Shown here: one piece after another, positions 37,503 to 47,221 of the stretch
Layout: the number at the start of each line of letters is the position of its first letter
Position numbering within the stretch: the stretch's first letter is position 1
Assembly: GCA_964569695.1 (NCBI GenBank)
Contig: CAZMUA010000002.1
Coordinates: forward strand, 2,185 to 66,184
Source of the DNA: an uncultured Woeseiaceae bacterium
GTDB lineage: Bacteria > Acidobacteriota > Vicinamibacteria > Vicinamibacterales > UBA823
Direction: 5' to 3'
DNA length: 64,000 bases
Position numbers and translations under genes: made by a program
Notes under the pieces: generated by a model
What the model saw: only the letters and a program-made list of their open reading frames with translations
The model's database searches: none
Told to the model about the DNA's origin: nothing

Positions 37503-39563
37503 ATGAGTACTATCAGGATAGGAATTGATATTGGAGGTACGTTCACTGACATCATTCTGTTTGATGAGACCGAAGGTATCTATCATTCAGCAAAAACACA
37601 TTCCACCCCACCTGACCAGTCACGTGGTGCTGTGATCGGTATTGACAAGATACTGAAGCAAACGGGGTGTCAGGGTTCACAGGTTGGGTACCTCAGCCAT
37701 GGCACGACAGTGGGTGCCAACGCGGTCCTTGAAGGCAAACTAGCGAGAACCGCCCTGATTACGACAAAAGGATTCAGGGACGTACTCGAAATCGGTCGCC
37801 AGCGCCGGCCGCGTCAATATGACTTTCAGGCTGTCAAGGACCGCTTATTGGTGCCAAGAGAGTTACGCTTTGAAGTGACCGAACGTGTCGATTACGCAGG
37901 TAATGTGATTGTTCCTCTCGAAGACAGCGAGCTCACGACTATCATTGCAACGCTGAAAGAAAAGAAAGTTGAGGCAGTTGCGGTCTCTTTCCTATTTTCC
38001 TTTTTGAATGGTCAACACGAACAGACAGTTAAAGAAATACTTCAGGAATCGTGCCCTGAGATGAGTGTGTTCATCTCATCAGAAGTGTTACCGGAATATC
38101 GGGAATATGAACGCACATCCACCGTTGCGCTTAATGCGGCTGTGTCTCCTGTAGTTTCACGATATGTGGAAAATCTCCAATCTCGAATTTCTGCAGAAGC
38201 CGACATCAGCGTGGGTCTGAACTTAATGAAATCCTCTGGTGGTCTGATGCCGTCAACTCAGGTCAGCAGTCGAGCGGTGGAAACCGTGCTGTCTGGCCCA
38301 GCTGCCGGTGCCATCGCGATTGCTTTTTTTGGTGGCATGGCAGGATACGAAAACCTCATTGGATTTGATATCGGCGGTACGAGTACTGACATTAGTATCG
38401 TAACCGGTGGTAAACCTCGGGTCACTTCAGAAGGGCGGATTGGAGGCTATCCGTTTGCCTTGCCGATTATCGATATCAATACTATTGGAGCTGGTGGTGG
38501 CAGCCTAGCCTATTTGGATGTGGCAGGTGGTTTGCATGTTGGTCCTGAGAGTGCCGGTGCAGCACCAGGCCCAATTTGTTATGACGCGGGAGGTAAGACT
38601 CCGACGATTACCGATGCGAACTTGTGCATGGGTCGCTTGAATCCAGAATTCTTTTTGGGTGGAGAGATGAAGGTTGATAAGGCGGCTGCGGAACGTGAAA
38701 TAGAGAAGCAGATCGCCAAGCCAATGAATAAAACTCTGGCACAGGCTTGCCAGGGAATTTTTGATGTGAGCCTTGCAAATATGGTTAGGGCTGTCAGGGT
38801 CTCGTCTATTGAAAAAGGACTAGATCCGCGAGAGTTTGCGTTAGTGGCGTTTGGGGGTGGGGGAGCGCTGTTTACGGCAGACGTGGCGACGGAACTGGGA
38901 ATTGGTACAGTGGTCGTGCCTGAAGAGGCGGGTTTACTATCAGCAAAAGGTTTATTGGTGACCGATCACAAGAATGACTACAGCATAACCCGGATTTCCC
39001 TTCTCGATGAGACTGACAAAGATGAACTCGTAAAGCAATTTGAAGAAATGAAAGGGCAAGCGATTGAGGACTTCAGGAACGATGGAGTTAATGTCGATAA
39101 GACCCATTTCTTGTATAGCCTCGATTTACGTTATTCGGGTCAAGCTTATGAGATCACGATACCCATCCCTGGGGAGATTCAGAATCTGTCGTTTAAAGAA
39201 ATTAAAAAGCTGTTTAATGCGACTCACAAGCGTCTCTACTGGTGGAGCGACCCCGAACGAGTACTTGAAATTGTGAACCTTCGTATTTCCGCTATTTCGT
39301 TTGTGCCAAAAGGGACGCCTGTGGTAAACAAGCTTTCCACGGCGGATAGCACCCATGCGATTAAGGCAACTCGCCCTGTGTATTTCAAGCACTATGGTGA
39401 TTTTCATGACACCAGTATCTATGACCGTACTCAGCTGCTCTCTGGAAACCAGATTACCGGGCCGGCCATCATCGAGAGCTATGACACGACAGCCGTTGTG
39501 CTGCCGGATAATAACGCCAGCATTGACAGCTATGGCAACATCATCATTTCCATCGGGAGTTAA
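37503..39563 (+). CDS. hyuA: Hydantoinase/oxoprolinase family, A (ATP-binding) subunit
   Basis: N-terminal IGIDIGGTFTD, a second DIGGTSTD block, 686 aa, and a B subunit immediately downstream. Confidence 0.85.
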   Translation: MSTIRIGIDIGGTFTDIILFDETEGIYHSAKTHSTPPDQSRGAVIGIDKILKQTGCQGSQVGYLSHGTTVGANAVLEGKLARTALITTKGFRDVLEIGRQRRPRQYDFQAVKDRLLVPRELRFEVTERVDYAGNVIVPLEDSELTTIIATLKEKKVEAVAVSFLFSFLNGQHEQTVKEILQESCPEMSVFISSEVLPEYREYERTSTVALNAAVSPVVSRYVENLQSRISAEADISVGLNLMKSSGGLMPSTQVSSRAVETVLSGPAAGAIAIAFFGGMAGYENLIGFDIGGTSTDISIVTGGKPRVTSEGRIGGYPFALPIIDINTIGAGGGSLAYLDVAGGLHVGPESAGAAPGPICYDAGGKTPTITDANLCMGRLNPEFFLGGEMKVDKAAAEREIEKQIAKPMNKTLAQACQGIFDVSLANMVRAVRVSSIEKGLDPREFALVAFGGGGALFTADVATELGIGTVVVPEEAGLLSAKGLLVTDHKNDYSITRISLLDETDKDELVKQFEEMKGQAIEDFRNDGVNVDKTHFLYSLDLRYSGQAYEITIPIPGEIQNLSFKEIKKLFNATHKRLYWWSDPERVLEIVNLRISAISFVPKGTPVVNKLSTADSTHAIKATRPVYFKHYGDFHDTSIYDRTQLLSGNQITGPAIIESYDTTAVVLPDNNASIDSYGNIIISIGS

Positions 39564-39566
39564 GAG

Positions 39567-41204
39567 ATGCCCCAAATCGATCAAGTAGAAGTAGAGGTTT
39601 TGAGTAACCACTTGATTTCAATCGTCCACGAGATGGGAGCGATTCTCAGGAGAACTTCGTATTCCCCAAACATTCGTGAGCGTGAGGACTGTTCGTGTGT
39701 ATTGGCTGACACGACAGGACAAATTATTGCCCAAGCTGAACATATTCCTGGTCATTTAGGAATGCTAACGGTCGGCATACCTTATCTGCTCAAGCACTTT
39801 CCACCTAATACGCTGAATGAGGGCGACGTGTTTATGTTCAACACGCCGGAAGGTGGTTCGCACTTACCAGATATTCGGATTGTAGTACCGATTTATCACG
39901 ATGGTGAACTAGTTGGTCTTTCAGCGAATTTGGCTCACCATGCGGATGTAGGTGGCATGGTGCCGGGCAGTATGCCGTCCAAATCAACTGAAATATGGCA
40001 GGAGGGTCTCATTCTTCCGCCGTTAAAGCTGTATAGCAAGGGTGTTCTAAATAAGCCGGTGATGGACATCCTTATGTACAACGTTCGTACGCCCACCGAA
40101 CGGGAGGGGGATCTGAATGCCCAGATTGCGGCCGCACAACTCGGACAGCGTCGAGTACAAGAAGTGATTCGGAAGTCTGGGTTGTCTTACTGGAAAACCT
40201 ATACCGAGGGCATTCTGGATTATTCCGAGCGGTTGATGCGGGCCAAAATTAGAGAGAGATTTCCTGACGGAAAGTACTATTCGGAGTTGTTTATTGATGA
40301 TGATGGTATGGATGATGAACGGATCAAGATTGCGGTCACCGTGACGGTCAAGGATGACTCAGTCAAGGTTGACTACAGCGGGACAGACAAACAGAGAGCA
40401 TCTGGCGTGAATTGCATTCTGGCTAATTGTGTGTCTGCAGCCTACTTTGTCGTCAAGGCAGTGGCTGACCCAACAATTCCAGTAAATTCTGGCTGCTATC
40501 GCCCAATTGAAGTGTATTGCCCGGAAGGTACTATCATTAGTCCTGATCCCACAGCGGCTATTGGTGCTGGAAACGAGACGTGGCAACGAATTGCAGAGAC
40601 TTTGGTGGGAGCCGTGTTACAGGCTGATCCCTCTATCGTGAAGGCCCATTCACACGGGTGCATGAATAACACGGTATTTGGTGGCACTGACCCAAGAACC
40701 GGAAAGGTGTACACCTACTATGAGACTATTGGCGGCGGTGATGGAGCGCGGGCATTAGCTGATGGGATGGATGGTGTGCATGTCATGGGTACCAACACGA
40801 TGAATACGCCGGTTGAAGTTGTGGAGATGTACTATCCGCTCACGATTGAGGAATATAGCCTGCGACGGGACACAGGTGGTGTTGGAAAACATCGCGGTGG
40901 CCTCGGGATTAAACGGAAGTATCGTGTTGAAGGTCACACCTCCACCTTGACTGCTAATAGTGATTGGATCAAGCAGAAGCCAGATGGCACTGAGGGCGGG
41001 GGCAGAGGCGCCATGACTCGTTTAGTCATTAATGAAGGAACCGATAGGGAAGTCATCCCGGGGTTTTGTAAAGTAATGCAAAAGCTGCAACACGGTGAAA
41101 CCTTCACTGTCTATAGTGGAGGTGGTAATGGCTATGGCGATCCCGCTGATCGAGATCAGACTCTAGTCGAACGTGATCTGCTCGATGACAAGATTAGTTC
41201 ATAA
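39567..41204 (+). CDS. hyuB: Hydantoinase B / oxoprolinase family, B subunit
   Basis: HyuB-like throughout (e.g. REREDCSCVLAD, GGGDGARA, GGGNGYGDP). It starts 3 nt after the hyuA stop. Confidence 0.85.
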   Translation: MPQIDQVEVEVLSNHLISIVHEMGAILRRTSYSPNIREREDCSCVLADTTGQIIAQAEHIPGHLGMLTVGIPYLLKHFPPNTLNEGDVFMFNTPEGGSHLPDIRIVVPIYHDGELVGLSANLAHHADVGGMVPGSMPSKSTEIWQEGLILPPLKLYSKGVLNKPVMDILMYNVRTPTEREGDLNAQIAAAQLGQRRVQEVIRKSGLSYWKTYTEGILDYSERLMRAKIRERFPDGKYYSELFIDDDGMDDERIKIAVTVTVKDDSVKVDYSGTDKQRASGVNCILANCVSAAYFVVKAVADPTIPVNSGCYRPIEVYCPEGTIISPDPTAAIGAGNETWQRIAETLVGAVLQADPSIVKAHSHGCMNNTVFGGTDPRTGKVYTYYETIGGGDGARALADGMDGVHVMGTNTMNTPVEVVEMYYPLTIEEYSLRRDTGGVGKHRGGLGIKRKYRVEGHTSTLTANSDWIKQKPDGTEGGGRGAMTRLVINEGTDREVIPGFCKVMQKLQHGETFTVYSGGGNGYGDPADRDQTLVERDLLDDKISS

Positions 41205-41235
41205 TCTCGGGTTTGAGGTGTAGCGGATAAGCGGT

Positions 41236-42594
41236 ATGTCCAATCGAGAGAGTTTTTCCTCCAGGTCAGCCTTTATGCTGACGGCCATTGGAATGGCTGT
41301 TGGTCTCGGCAATATCTGGCGATTTCCTTACATAATGGGCACCAATGGTGGTGCTGGCTTCCTCTTTATCTACTTAGTGACTGTTTTTTCTGTCTCCATG
41401 CCTATTTTGATCATGGAGCTCATCATTGGTCGCCGTGGCCAGGCTAATCCGGTTGATAGCGTCATTAACGTTGCCAGAGAATCTGGAGTTTCATCAAAAT
41501 GGAAAATTATTGGCTTGGTAGGAGTGTTGAACAACGTCCTGACGCTCTCTTTCTATTTTGTTGTAGCTGGTTGGGTATTGGCCTATGTGCCCAAACTGCT
41601 TAACGGTTCTTTGATTACCGATTCAAGCGACACCGTCTCTTCCAGTTATTACAGTCTGTTGTCGAATCCGCTACTGGTTATCTTTTGGCAAACTCTCTGC
41701 ATCGTGTTTGTCGCAGGCATGCTTCTTAGGGGTGTCAAGGGTGGACTGGAAAGAGCTATGAAGATCATGATGCCCGCTCTATTCGTGTTACTTCTGGCAC
41801 TTGTCGTCATTTCCTGCAGTGTTGGTAATTTCACTGCAACACTGAACTTTCTGTTTAGGCCCAGCACTTCGGGTATCACTTCCGAAGTGTTTCTGGTGGC
41901 CTTGGGTCAAGCATTCTTTACGATGGGTGTGGGTGGAAGCGCTGGGATCGTGTTTGGCAGCTACCTCAAAAAGAATCAGACCTCTCTCGCCTCCTCGGGA
42001 CTGGGCATCGCTCTTGCTGACACCAGCGTCGCAGCCTTGGCCGGATTTGCCGTGTTTCCAATTGTGTTTGCTAGAGGCATCTCCCCTGCACTTGGCGAGG
42101 AGTTAGTTTTTATTACGATGCCTTTAGCCTTTTCCGAAGTGCCGTTTGGTGCCTTTCTCTACACGCTATTTATGGCGATGTTGTCAATGGCTGCTCTGAC
42201 TTCTGCCATCGCGATTTTTGAGATACCGCTCACATGGATTACGGAGCGCCTTCAAGTGGCTCGTAGGAAGGCGATTGTACTGTTAGCCGGTTTTCTCTGG
42301 CTAGCAACAATGCTGGTGTCATTCTCATTTAACCTATTGAGTGAATTTCATCCGCTGGTATTCATTAATAGATTTGAAACGAGCACTCTTTTCGATTTGG
42401 TGATGTTTGCCAATCTTGAGGTGTTCTTTCCGTTGGGCGCGCTGCTGGTAGTTATTTTCTTTGCATACAGGTTGGATAAAACAATCGCTTTGGATGAATT
42501 GAACTGGAAGGAGAGTCGCATTACTGCCCTTCTTTACATCCATGCCAGGTATTTGATTCCATTAGCCATCGTCATTATGATGGCTGCCAGTTAG
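41236..42594 (+). CDS. Sodium-dependent transporter, NSS/SNF family (second copy in the window)
   Basis: Carries the signature GMAVGLGNIWRFPYIMGTNGGAGF and about 12 TM segments. Confidence 0.85.
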   Translation: MSNRESFSSRSAFMLTAIGMAVGLGNIWRFPYIMGTNGGAGFLFIYLVTVFSVSMPILIMELIIGRRGQANPVDSVINVARESGVSSKWKIIGLVGVLNNVLTLSFYFVVAGWVLAYVPKLLNGSLITDSSDTVSSSYYSLLSNPLLVIFWQTLCIVFVAGMLLRGVKGGLERAMKIMMPALFVLLLALVVISCSVGNFTATLNFLFRPSTSGITSEVFLVALGQAFFTMGVGGSAGIVFGSYLKKNQTSLASSGLGIALADTSVAALAGFAVFPIVFARGISPALGEELVFITMPLAFSEVPFGAFLYTLFMAMLSMAALTSAIAIFEIPLTWITERLQVARRKAIVLLAGFLWLATMLVSFSFNLLSEFHPLVFINRFETSTLFDLVMFANLEVFFPLGALLVVIFFAYRLDKTIALDELNWKESRITALLYIHARYLIPLAIVIMMAAS

Positions 42595-42640
42595 AGATGG
42601 TAACTGCCAAGTAGGTGTTTGCCTGTAGGAGAGTAATGTC

Positions 42641-44344
42641 ATGTTTGACCGCATGCAGTTATTACGATGGACTGTTTGCCTCGGCCTCGTATTCTTCGGC
42701 GCCTGTTCGACAGGGAACGAAAATGTCGAAGAAGAGCCATCCAATACAACCACGACCCAATCGACCCGTCCCAACATCCTTTTGATCGTTGCTGACGATT
42801 TAGGGTATGGAGACATCGGTGCTTTTGGCAGTGAGATTGATACCCCAGAGCTTGATGCACTCGCCCGGGACGGGGCGCGTTTTACTAGGTTTTACACGCA
42901 GGTCTCCTGTTCGCCCACGCGGGCGCTGCTCATGACCGGTGTGGATAATCATCTTAATGGTTTGGGAACGATGGCTGAAGATCTCTTGCCGCATCACGAT
43001 GGAGTGCCAGGGTATGAGGGTTACCTGAATGACAGGGTGGTCACTGGTGCCCAGTTACTCAAGGACGCAGGCTACCATACCTACCTGACCGGGAAGTGGC
43101 ACTTAGGGTTGACTCCCGACAAGTATCCCTCTCAGCGTGGCTTTGAGCGTACATACGCCTCGTTGGTTGGAAACGTGAATCACTTTAATGGCCGTTACCT
43201 TGAGGATGGAAAAATTATCAATGGAGATGGATATTCAAGCAATCTATTTACTGACAAATTAATTGAAGCGATTGAAAGTAATCATGGGGATGGGCGTCCA
43301 TTTTTTGGAGCGCTTCTGTTTACTGCACCGCATTGGCCGCTCCAGGCACCGCCGGCATTGATTGAGAAGTACTTGAATCGTTATGTAGACGGTTGGGATG
43401 TGACGCGGCAGGGACGCTTCGAACGTCTGAAGGAGATGGGTTTGGTGCCCGCCGATATGGGGTTACCACCAAGAATAGAAGAGGTTCCGGATTGGAGTGA
43501 TCTGACAGACAAGGAACGTCAGATTGAGACCAAGAAGATGGCAATATATGCGGCGATGGTCGACAATCTTGACACCAACGTCGGTCGTATTCTTGACCTA
43601 CTTGAGACACTCGGTGAGTCCGAGAATACACTGGTCGTGTTTATGTCAGACAATGGCACCGATCCCTATGATAGAAGTCAACGACCCATGTACGTCGCAC
43701 GCCGAACAGAACTAGGTCTCAATACCAGCTATGAGGACATGGGAACAGACAAGTCGTACGTCTTCTACGGGCTTGGTTGGGCTCAGGTTGGTTCAGTGCA
43801 TCATCGGCACTACAAATTCTTACCATCGGAAGGTGGCATGCATGCTCCGATGATTGCTCGTTTTCCAGGGGTGTTGATACCGGGTGATGACCTGGATGCA
43901 TTTGCTAGTGCTGTCGATATCACGCCGACATTCCTGGACGTTGCTAATGTGGAACACCCTGGGACGGAATACCGTGGGCGAGAAATCTACCCAATGCGAG
44001 GACGTTCGCTACTACCTTACATGAGCGATAGTCTGAATGTTCCCTACGGTGACGACGACCCGGTTGCGTTTGAAATCTATGGGCACAAAGTTGTTTTTAT
44101 GGGTCCGTGGAAAGCTGTTCAGTTGCGCCAGCCGTGGGATCAAAGTATTTGGCGCCTATACAACTTAAATCTGGATCCTGGTGAACAGCAAGACCTCGCG
44201 TACGACGAGCCTGAGGTGTTAACGATACTGATAGACGCGTATGAAAGTTTTGCAAAAGAAAATGGCGTAGTGGATGAGCCAGCCGATGTGCCGCCCTTTC
44301 CTTACAAGCCTGGTCATCTTGGGGACCTGATTGTTGAACGTTAG
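42641..44344 (+). CDS. Arylsulfatase (formylglycine-dependent sulfatase family), probable lipoprotein
   Basis: LLIVADDLGYGD and the C-x-P-x-R maturation motif in CSPTRALLMTG. The signal peptide ends with a lipobox-like FFGAC. Confidence 0.9.
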   Translation: MFDRMQLLRWTVCLGLVFFGACSTGNENVEEEPSNTTTTQSTRPNILLIVADDLGYGDIGAFGSEIDTPELDALARDGARFTRFYTQVSCSPTRALLMTGVDNHLNGLGTMAEDLLPHHDGVPGYEGYLNDRVVTGAQLLKDAGYHTYLTGKWHLGLTPDKYPSQRGFERTYASLVGNVNHFNGRYLEDGKIINGDGYSSNLFTDKLIEAIESNHGDGRPFFGALLFTAPHWPLQAPPALIEKYLNRYVDGWDVTRQGRFERLKEMGLVPADMGLPPRIEEVPDWSDLTDKERQIETKKMAIYAAMVDNLDTNVGRILDLLETLGESENTLVVFMSDNGTDPYDRSQRPMYVARRTELGLNTSYEDMGTDKSYVFYGLGWAQVGSVHHRHYKFLPSEGGMHAPMIARFPGVLIPGDDLDAFASAVDITPTFLDVANVEHPGTEYRGREIYPMRGRSLLPYMSDSLNVPYGDDDPVAFEIYGHKVVFMGPWKAVQLRQPWDQSIWRLYNLNLDPGEQQDLAYDEPEVLTILIDAYESFAKENGVVDEPADVPPFPYKPGHLGDLIVER

Positions 44345-45333
44345 ACGTCGTTGGTGAAGCGTGAAGCAATTTTCTTTGACGCGTATTGTCCTGTGAGCAA
44401 GAGGGTCAATCCAAGGGCTAAGGAAATGCCTGCGATTGAAGCCGCATAAACCGTTCCCATCGAGACGACAACGACGCGATAGGTTCCTCTCACCCAGAAC
44501 AAATATTGCACTGCTACATTAGCCACGATGATTTTATTTAGACGTCCAGCGTAAGCACACATAATTAGAGCCCACGCCACTAGAAACAGGTTGGCTGGTA
44601 ATTTTGCGAAGACCGTACCAAGGCCTGCTGTGTATTGAGGTTCCCAACAATCCCAACATGCGACACGCATGAGCCACATCCACAGGCGATGGATAGCTGG
44701 ATCAAAAGTCCAGAAAAGTATCATCAAGGCATGGTCTTTATGCAGAAGAAAATTTTTCCGCCTGGCATATGCCACGGCTAGAATCGTATTAATAGCGACC
44801 CCAAAACCCATAATCCAGGTGTAAATACCTGCCTGAAAGAAGGGGCCGTTCACTCCTTCGCTAAAATCATGAATAAAGGTCCAAACCCAGCCACCAGCGA
44901 GTGCGGTACCGACAAGAGCGGTAAAGGCGACGATCCTGCCATTGATGCGATGGGTCTTAAGTCCTGATTTTTTGTCTCCAGTCAGTAGTTGGATGCCGAT
45001 TAGGCAAAGAAAAATTGAGGTTAAGACGATATGGACCCAGAGAGGTCCGTCAACGTCTATGTGGGGTTTTTGTTGATTGACCGACCATACAACACCTGTA
45101 GTCAGAATGATGTAAAGGGAAGGGGCAAATCCTGCTGCACTCATCAGTAGTAGCAGGAGACCTCCTCGTTTATACGCGACAGTTTGACGGAGATTTTTCC
45201 CTGATTGATCTGAAAAAATCCAGGATGACTTCTTGTGGTCTAAAAAAAACCAGATTGCTAGGACTAAACAAGTCCAGGTAATCACAGCTAGTACTAGAGG
45301 GAACTCTCTTACGAAAAATCCGGTATTTGTCAT
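44341..45333 (-). CDS. Polytopic membrane protein of unknown function
   Basis: 330 aa with about 8 hydrophobic segments and no motif I recognise. Its 3' end overlaps the sulfatase stop by 4 nt in convergent orientation. Confidence 0.6.
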   Translation of the reverse strand: MTNTGFFVREFPLVLAVITWTCLVLAIWFFLDHKKSSWIFSDQSGKNLRQTVAYKRGGLLLLLMSAAGFAPSLYIILTTGVVWSVNQQKPHIDVDGPLWVHIVLTSIFLCLIGIQLLTGDKKSGLKTHRINGRIVAFTALVGTALAGGWVWTFIHDFSEGVNGPFFQAGIYTWIMGFGVAINTILAVAYARRKNFLLHKDHALMILFWTFDPAIHRLWMWLMRVACWDCWEPQYTAGLGTVFAKLPANLFLVAWALIMCAYAGRLNKIIVANVAVQYLFWVRGTYRVVVVSMGTVYAASIAGISLALGLTLLLTGQYASKKIASRFTNDV

Positions 45334-45599
45334 ATCCTTGGTCTTCTCAAGAACAAATTTATAAGAACCATTTTTACTGCACCCAGATTATGTGTTTCGT
45401 TGCAGGTGTCTATTAATAACAGTCAATAAAGTATCTTATTCTTGTGGGCTAATGTTTGTGTTTTATTGATTGTTAATGTTTTATCGATACTTGGCGTACA
45501 AGGGCCCTGCATCTAGGTCATGTTCTGAACTCAATTAATGGACTGCAAATGGTAGAATTTTGGATGTGTGAATTATCCTTGGATGGGTAAGGCTGAGAT

Positions 45600-46922
45600 A
45601 TGCAGGAATATATATCCAAACTGTTAGACCGAAATGAAATGCGCATCGTTGACCGAGAGGTCAACCCCAAACACGAGCTAGCAGCAGTTGTTGCTAGATC
45701 TCAAAAGGAAAGTGCGCTTCCCATTTTGTTTAAACGGGTCCAGGGAACCGAGTTTCCGGTGGTATGCAATCTTTACGGTAGTAGGTCGCGCCTGAAAGAA
45801 ATGGTTGGTGCCGGTGAGAGAGGTTTTTGTGAACACTGGGCGGAAACGATTAACGACGGGATGTTGCTGGGTGATGATTATCCGACAGTCGTGGATATGT
45901 CCGGGGAACTTCAGAAGGGCCAGCTTTCAGATCTGCCGCAAATAGTCTGGCGCGAGAAGGACGCGGGACCTTATATCACTGCCGGTGTTGCAATTGCTAA
46001 GGACCCTGAAACTGGCGTGCCCAATCTAGCTTTTAGTCGGGCGATGATGATTGATGATAAGGAAATGCGTTGTTGCATAGATGTGGTGCAAGATCTTGCT
46101 AAGTATCATGCGAAAGCAGCAGCCATGAATAAACCATTGGAAATGGCTTGGTTAATCGGTGTCTCGCCGGCCGTATTCATGGCGGCATGCACCTCGATCT
46201 CTCTTGACCAGGATGAACTGAAAATTGCGGCTCAGCTGAATGGGGGCACTTTACCGATGCGTCAGTGTCAAGAACTGGATTTATTGATTCCAGCGGACAC
46301 CGGAATCGTTATCGAAGCACGGATCCGTCCTGACGAGCGCCGACCGGAAGCCCCATTTGGCGAGTTCATGGGTTATTACTGTAAAGAGAACAGGGGTTAC
46401 GTTGCTGACATTGCTGCAGTCAGTTGGCGCACTGGTTCATATTTTCAGGGATTATTATGCGGTTCAAGAGATGACCTCACGGCGATCTACGCGACTTATG
46501 CGACTCGGGTATACCGGAACCTAATTGGAGAGCTTCCAGGGATCATTGATGTTGCCTGTAACACCACGCTGTACTGCACAATTGTGAAGATCGACAAACA
46601 GTATGAAGGCCATCCGCAGCACGTCATGCTTAAGGTGTTCGCGACGAATCCTCATTACAATTTTGCATGCATGGTGGTAGACAGTGATATCGACATTAAT
46701 AATCTCAACGATGTGTGGTGGGCCTTTTTGGCGCGTGGCCCCGTCGATAAGCGCACCATGCTGATTGAGAACATACCGGGGGGATATGAATACCCTGAGG
46801 ACAACCCGCACAGGGGGCGTATCGGGATTGATGCTACCGCACCCTATGGCAGACTCGATGAGTTCCGACGGACCAGCACCCCGGGGGAAGACACGCTGGA
46901 TCTTTCTGAGTACTTGGCTTAA
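45600..46922 (+). CDS. UbiD-family (prenyl-FMN-dependent) decarboxylase
   Basis: The N-terminus ...LLDRNEMRIVDREVNPKHELAAVVARS...PILFKRVQG and the overall layout are UbiD-like. No ubiX is present in the window. Confidence 0.8.
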   Translation: MQEYISKLLDRNEMRIVDREVNPKHELAAVVARSQKESALPILFKRVQGTEFPVVCNLYGSRSRLKEMVGAGERGFCEHWAETINDGMLLGDDYPTVVDMSGELQKGQLSDLPQIVWREKDAGPYITAGVAIAKDPETGVPNLAFSRAMMIDDKEMRCCIDVVQDLAKYHAKAAAMNKPLEMAWLIGVSPAVFMAACTSISLDQDELKIAAQLNGGTLPMRQCQELDLLIPADTGIVIEARIRPDERRPEAPFGEFMGYYCKENRGYVADIAAVSWRTGSYFQGLLCGSRDDLTAIYATYATRVYRNLIGELPGIIDVACNTTLYCTIVKIDKQYEGHPQHVMLKVFATNPHYNFACMVVDSDIDINNLNDVWWAFLARGPVDKRTMLIENIPGGYEYPEDNPHRGRIGIDATAPYGRLDEFRRTSTPGEDTLDLSEYLA

Positions 46923-46957
46923 CAATTACAGCCGTACGGTGGTCGGGTCTCAAGCTT

Positions 46958-47221
46958 CTACCCGCCTTCGATGGCGGGAATAAAGTGTATTTCACTGTCT
47001 TCGTCAAGAGGGGCGTAAAGACCAAGATGGTCAACCGAACCGTTGATGGCAACGGTCATTCCAGGAGTGAGCGTATCTCCTTCACGTAACTGCTCCCCGA
47101 GGCCAGGGTATTTATTGTCTAATGCTCGAATGACCTGGCGGATGTTGGAGCCTGAGATTTCAACTCTTTCGTTGCCATTGGTGAAATGCTGTAGGTGAGT
47201 TGGTATCCAGATCCGATTCAT
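46958..47221 (-). CDS. MoaD/ThiS-superfamily ubiquitin-like sulfur-carrier protein, CysO-like, ending in Gly-Gly
   Basis: 87 aa. IWIPTHLQHFTNGNERVEISGSNIRQVIRALDNKYPGL...IHFIPAIEGG parallels my recollection of M. tuberculosis CysO (VSIPTILRPHTGGQKSVSASGDTLGAVISDLEANYSGI...VTILPAVAGG). Its ATG overlaps the stop of the Mo-subunit gene (ATGA at 47221-47218). Confidence 0.7.
   Translation of the reverse strand: MNRIWIPTHLQHFTNGNERVEISGSNIRQVIRALDNKYPGLGEQLREGDTLTPGMTVAINGSVDHLGLYAPLDEDSEIHFIPAIEGG

Noticed and set aside
39126-39611. A 161-aa minus-strand ORF spanning the hyuA/hyuB junction
   Set aside because: It lies antisense to two well-supported genes and has no motif. It is most likely a shadow ORF.
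22907-41204. A creatinine degradation pathway (creatininase + sarcosine-oxidase-like enzymes + N-methylhydantoinase A/B)
   Set aside because: The pieces lie in different operons more than 12 kb apart. The creatininase-like and oxidase-like proteins carry export signals, whereas hyuAB are cytoplasmic. No creatinase, creatinine deaminase or N-carbamoylsarcosine amidase is visible. The creatininase-like protein appears to lack the recalled His ligands.
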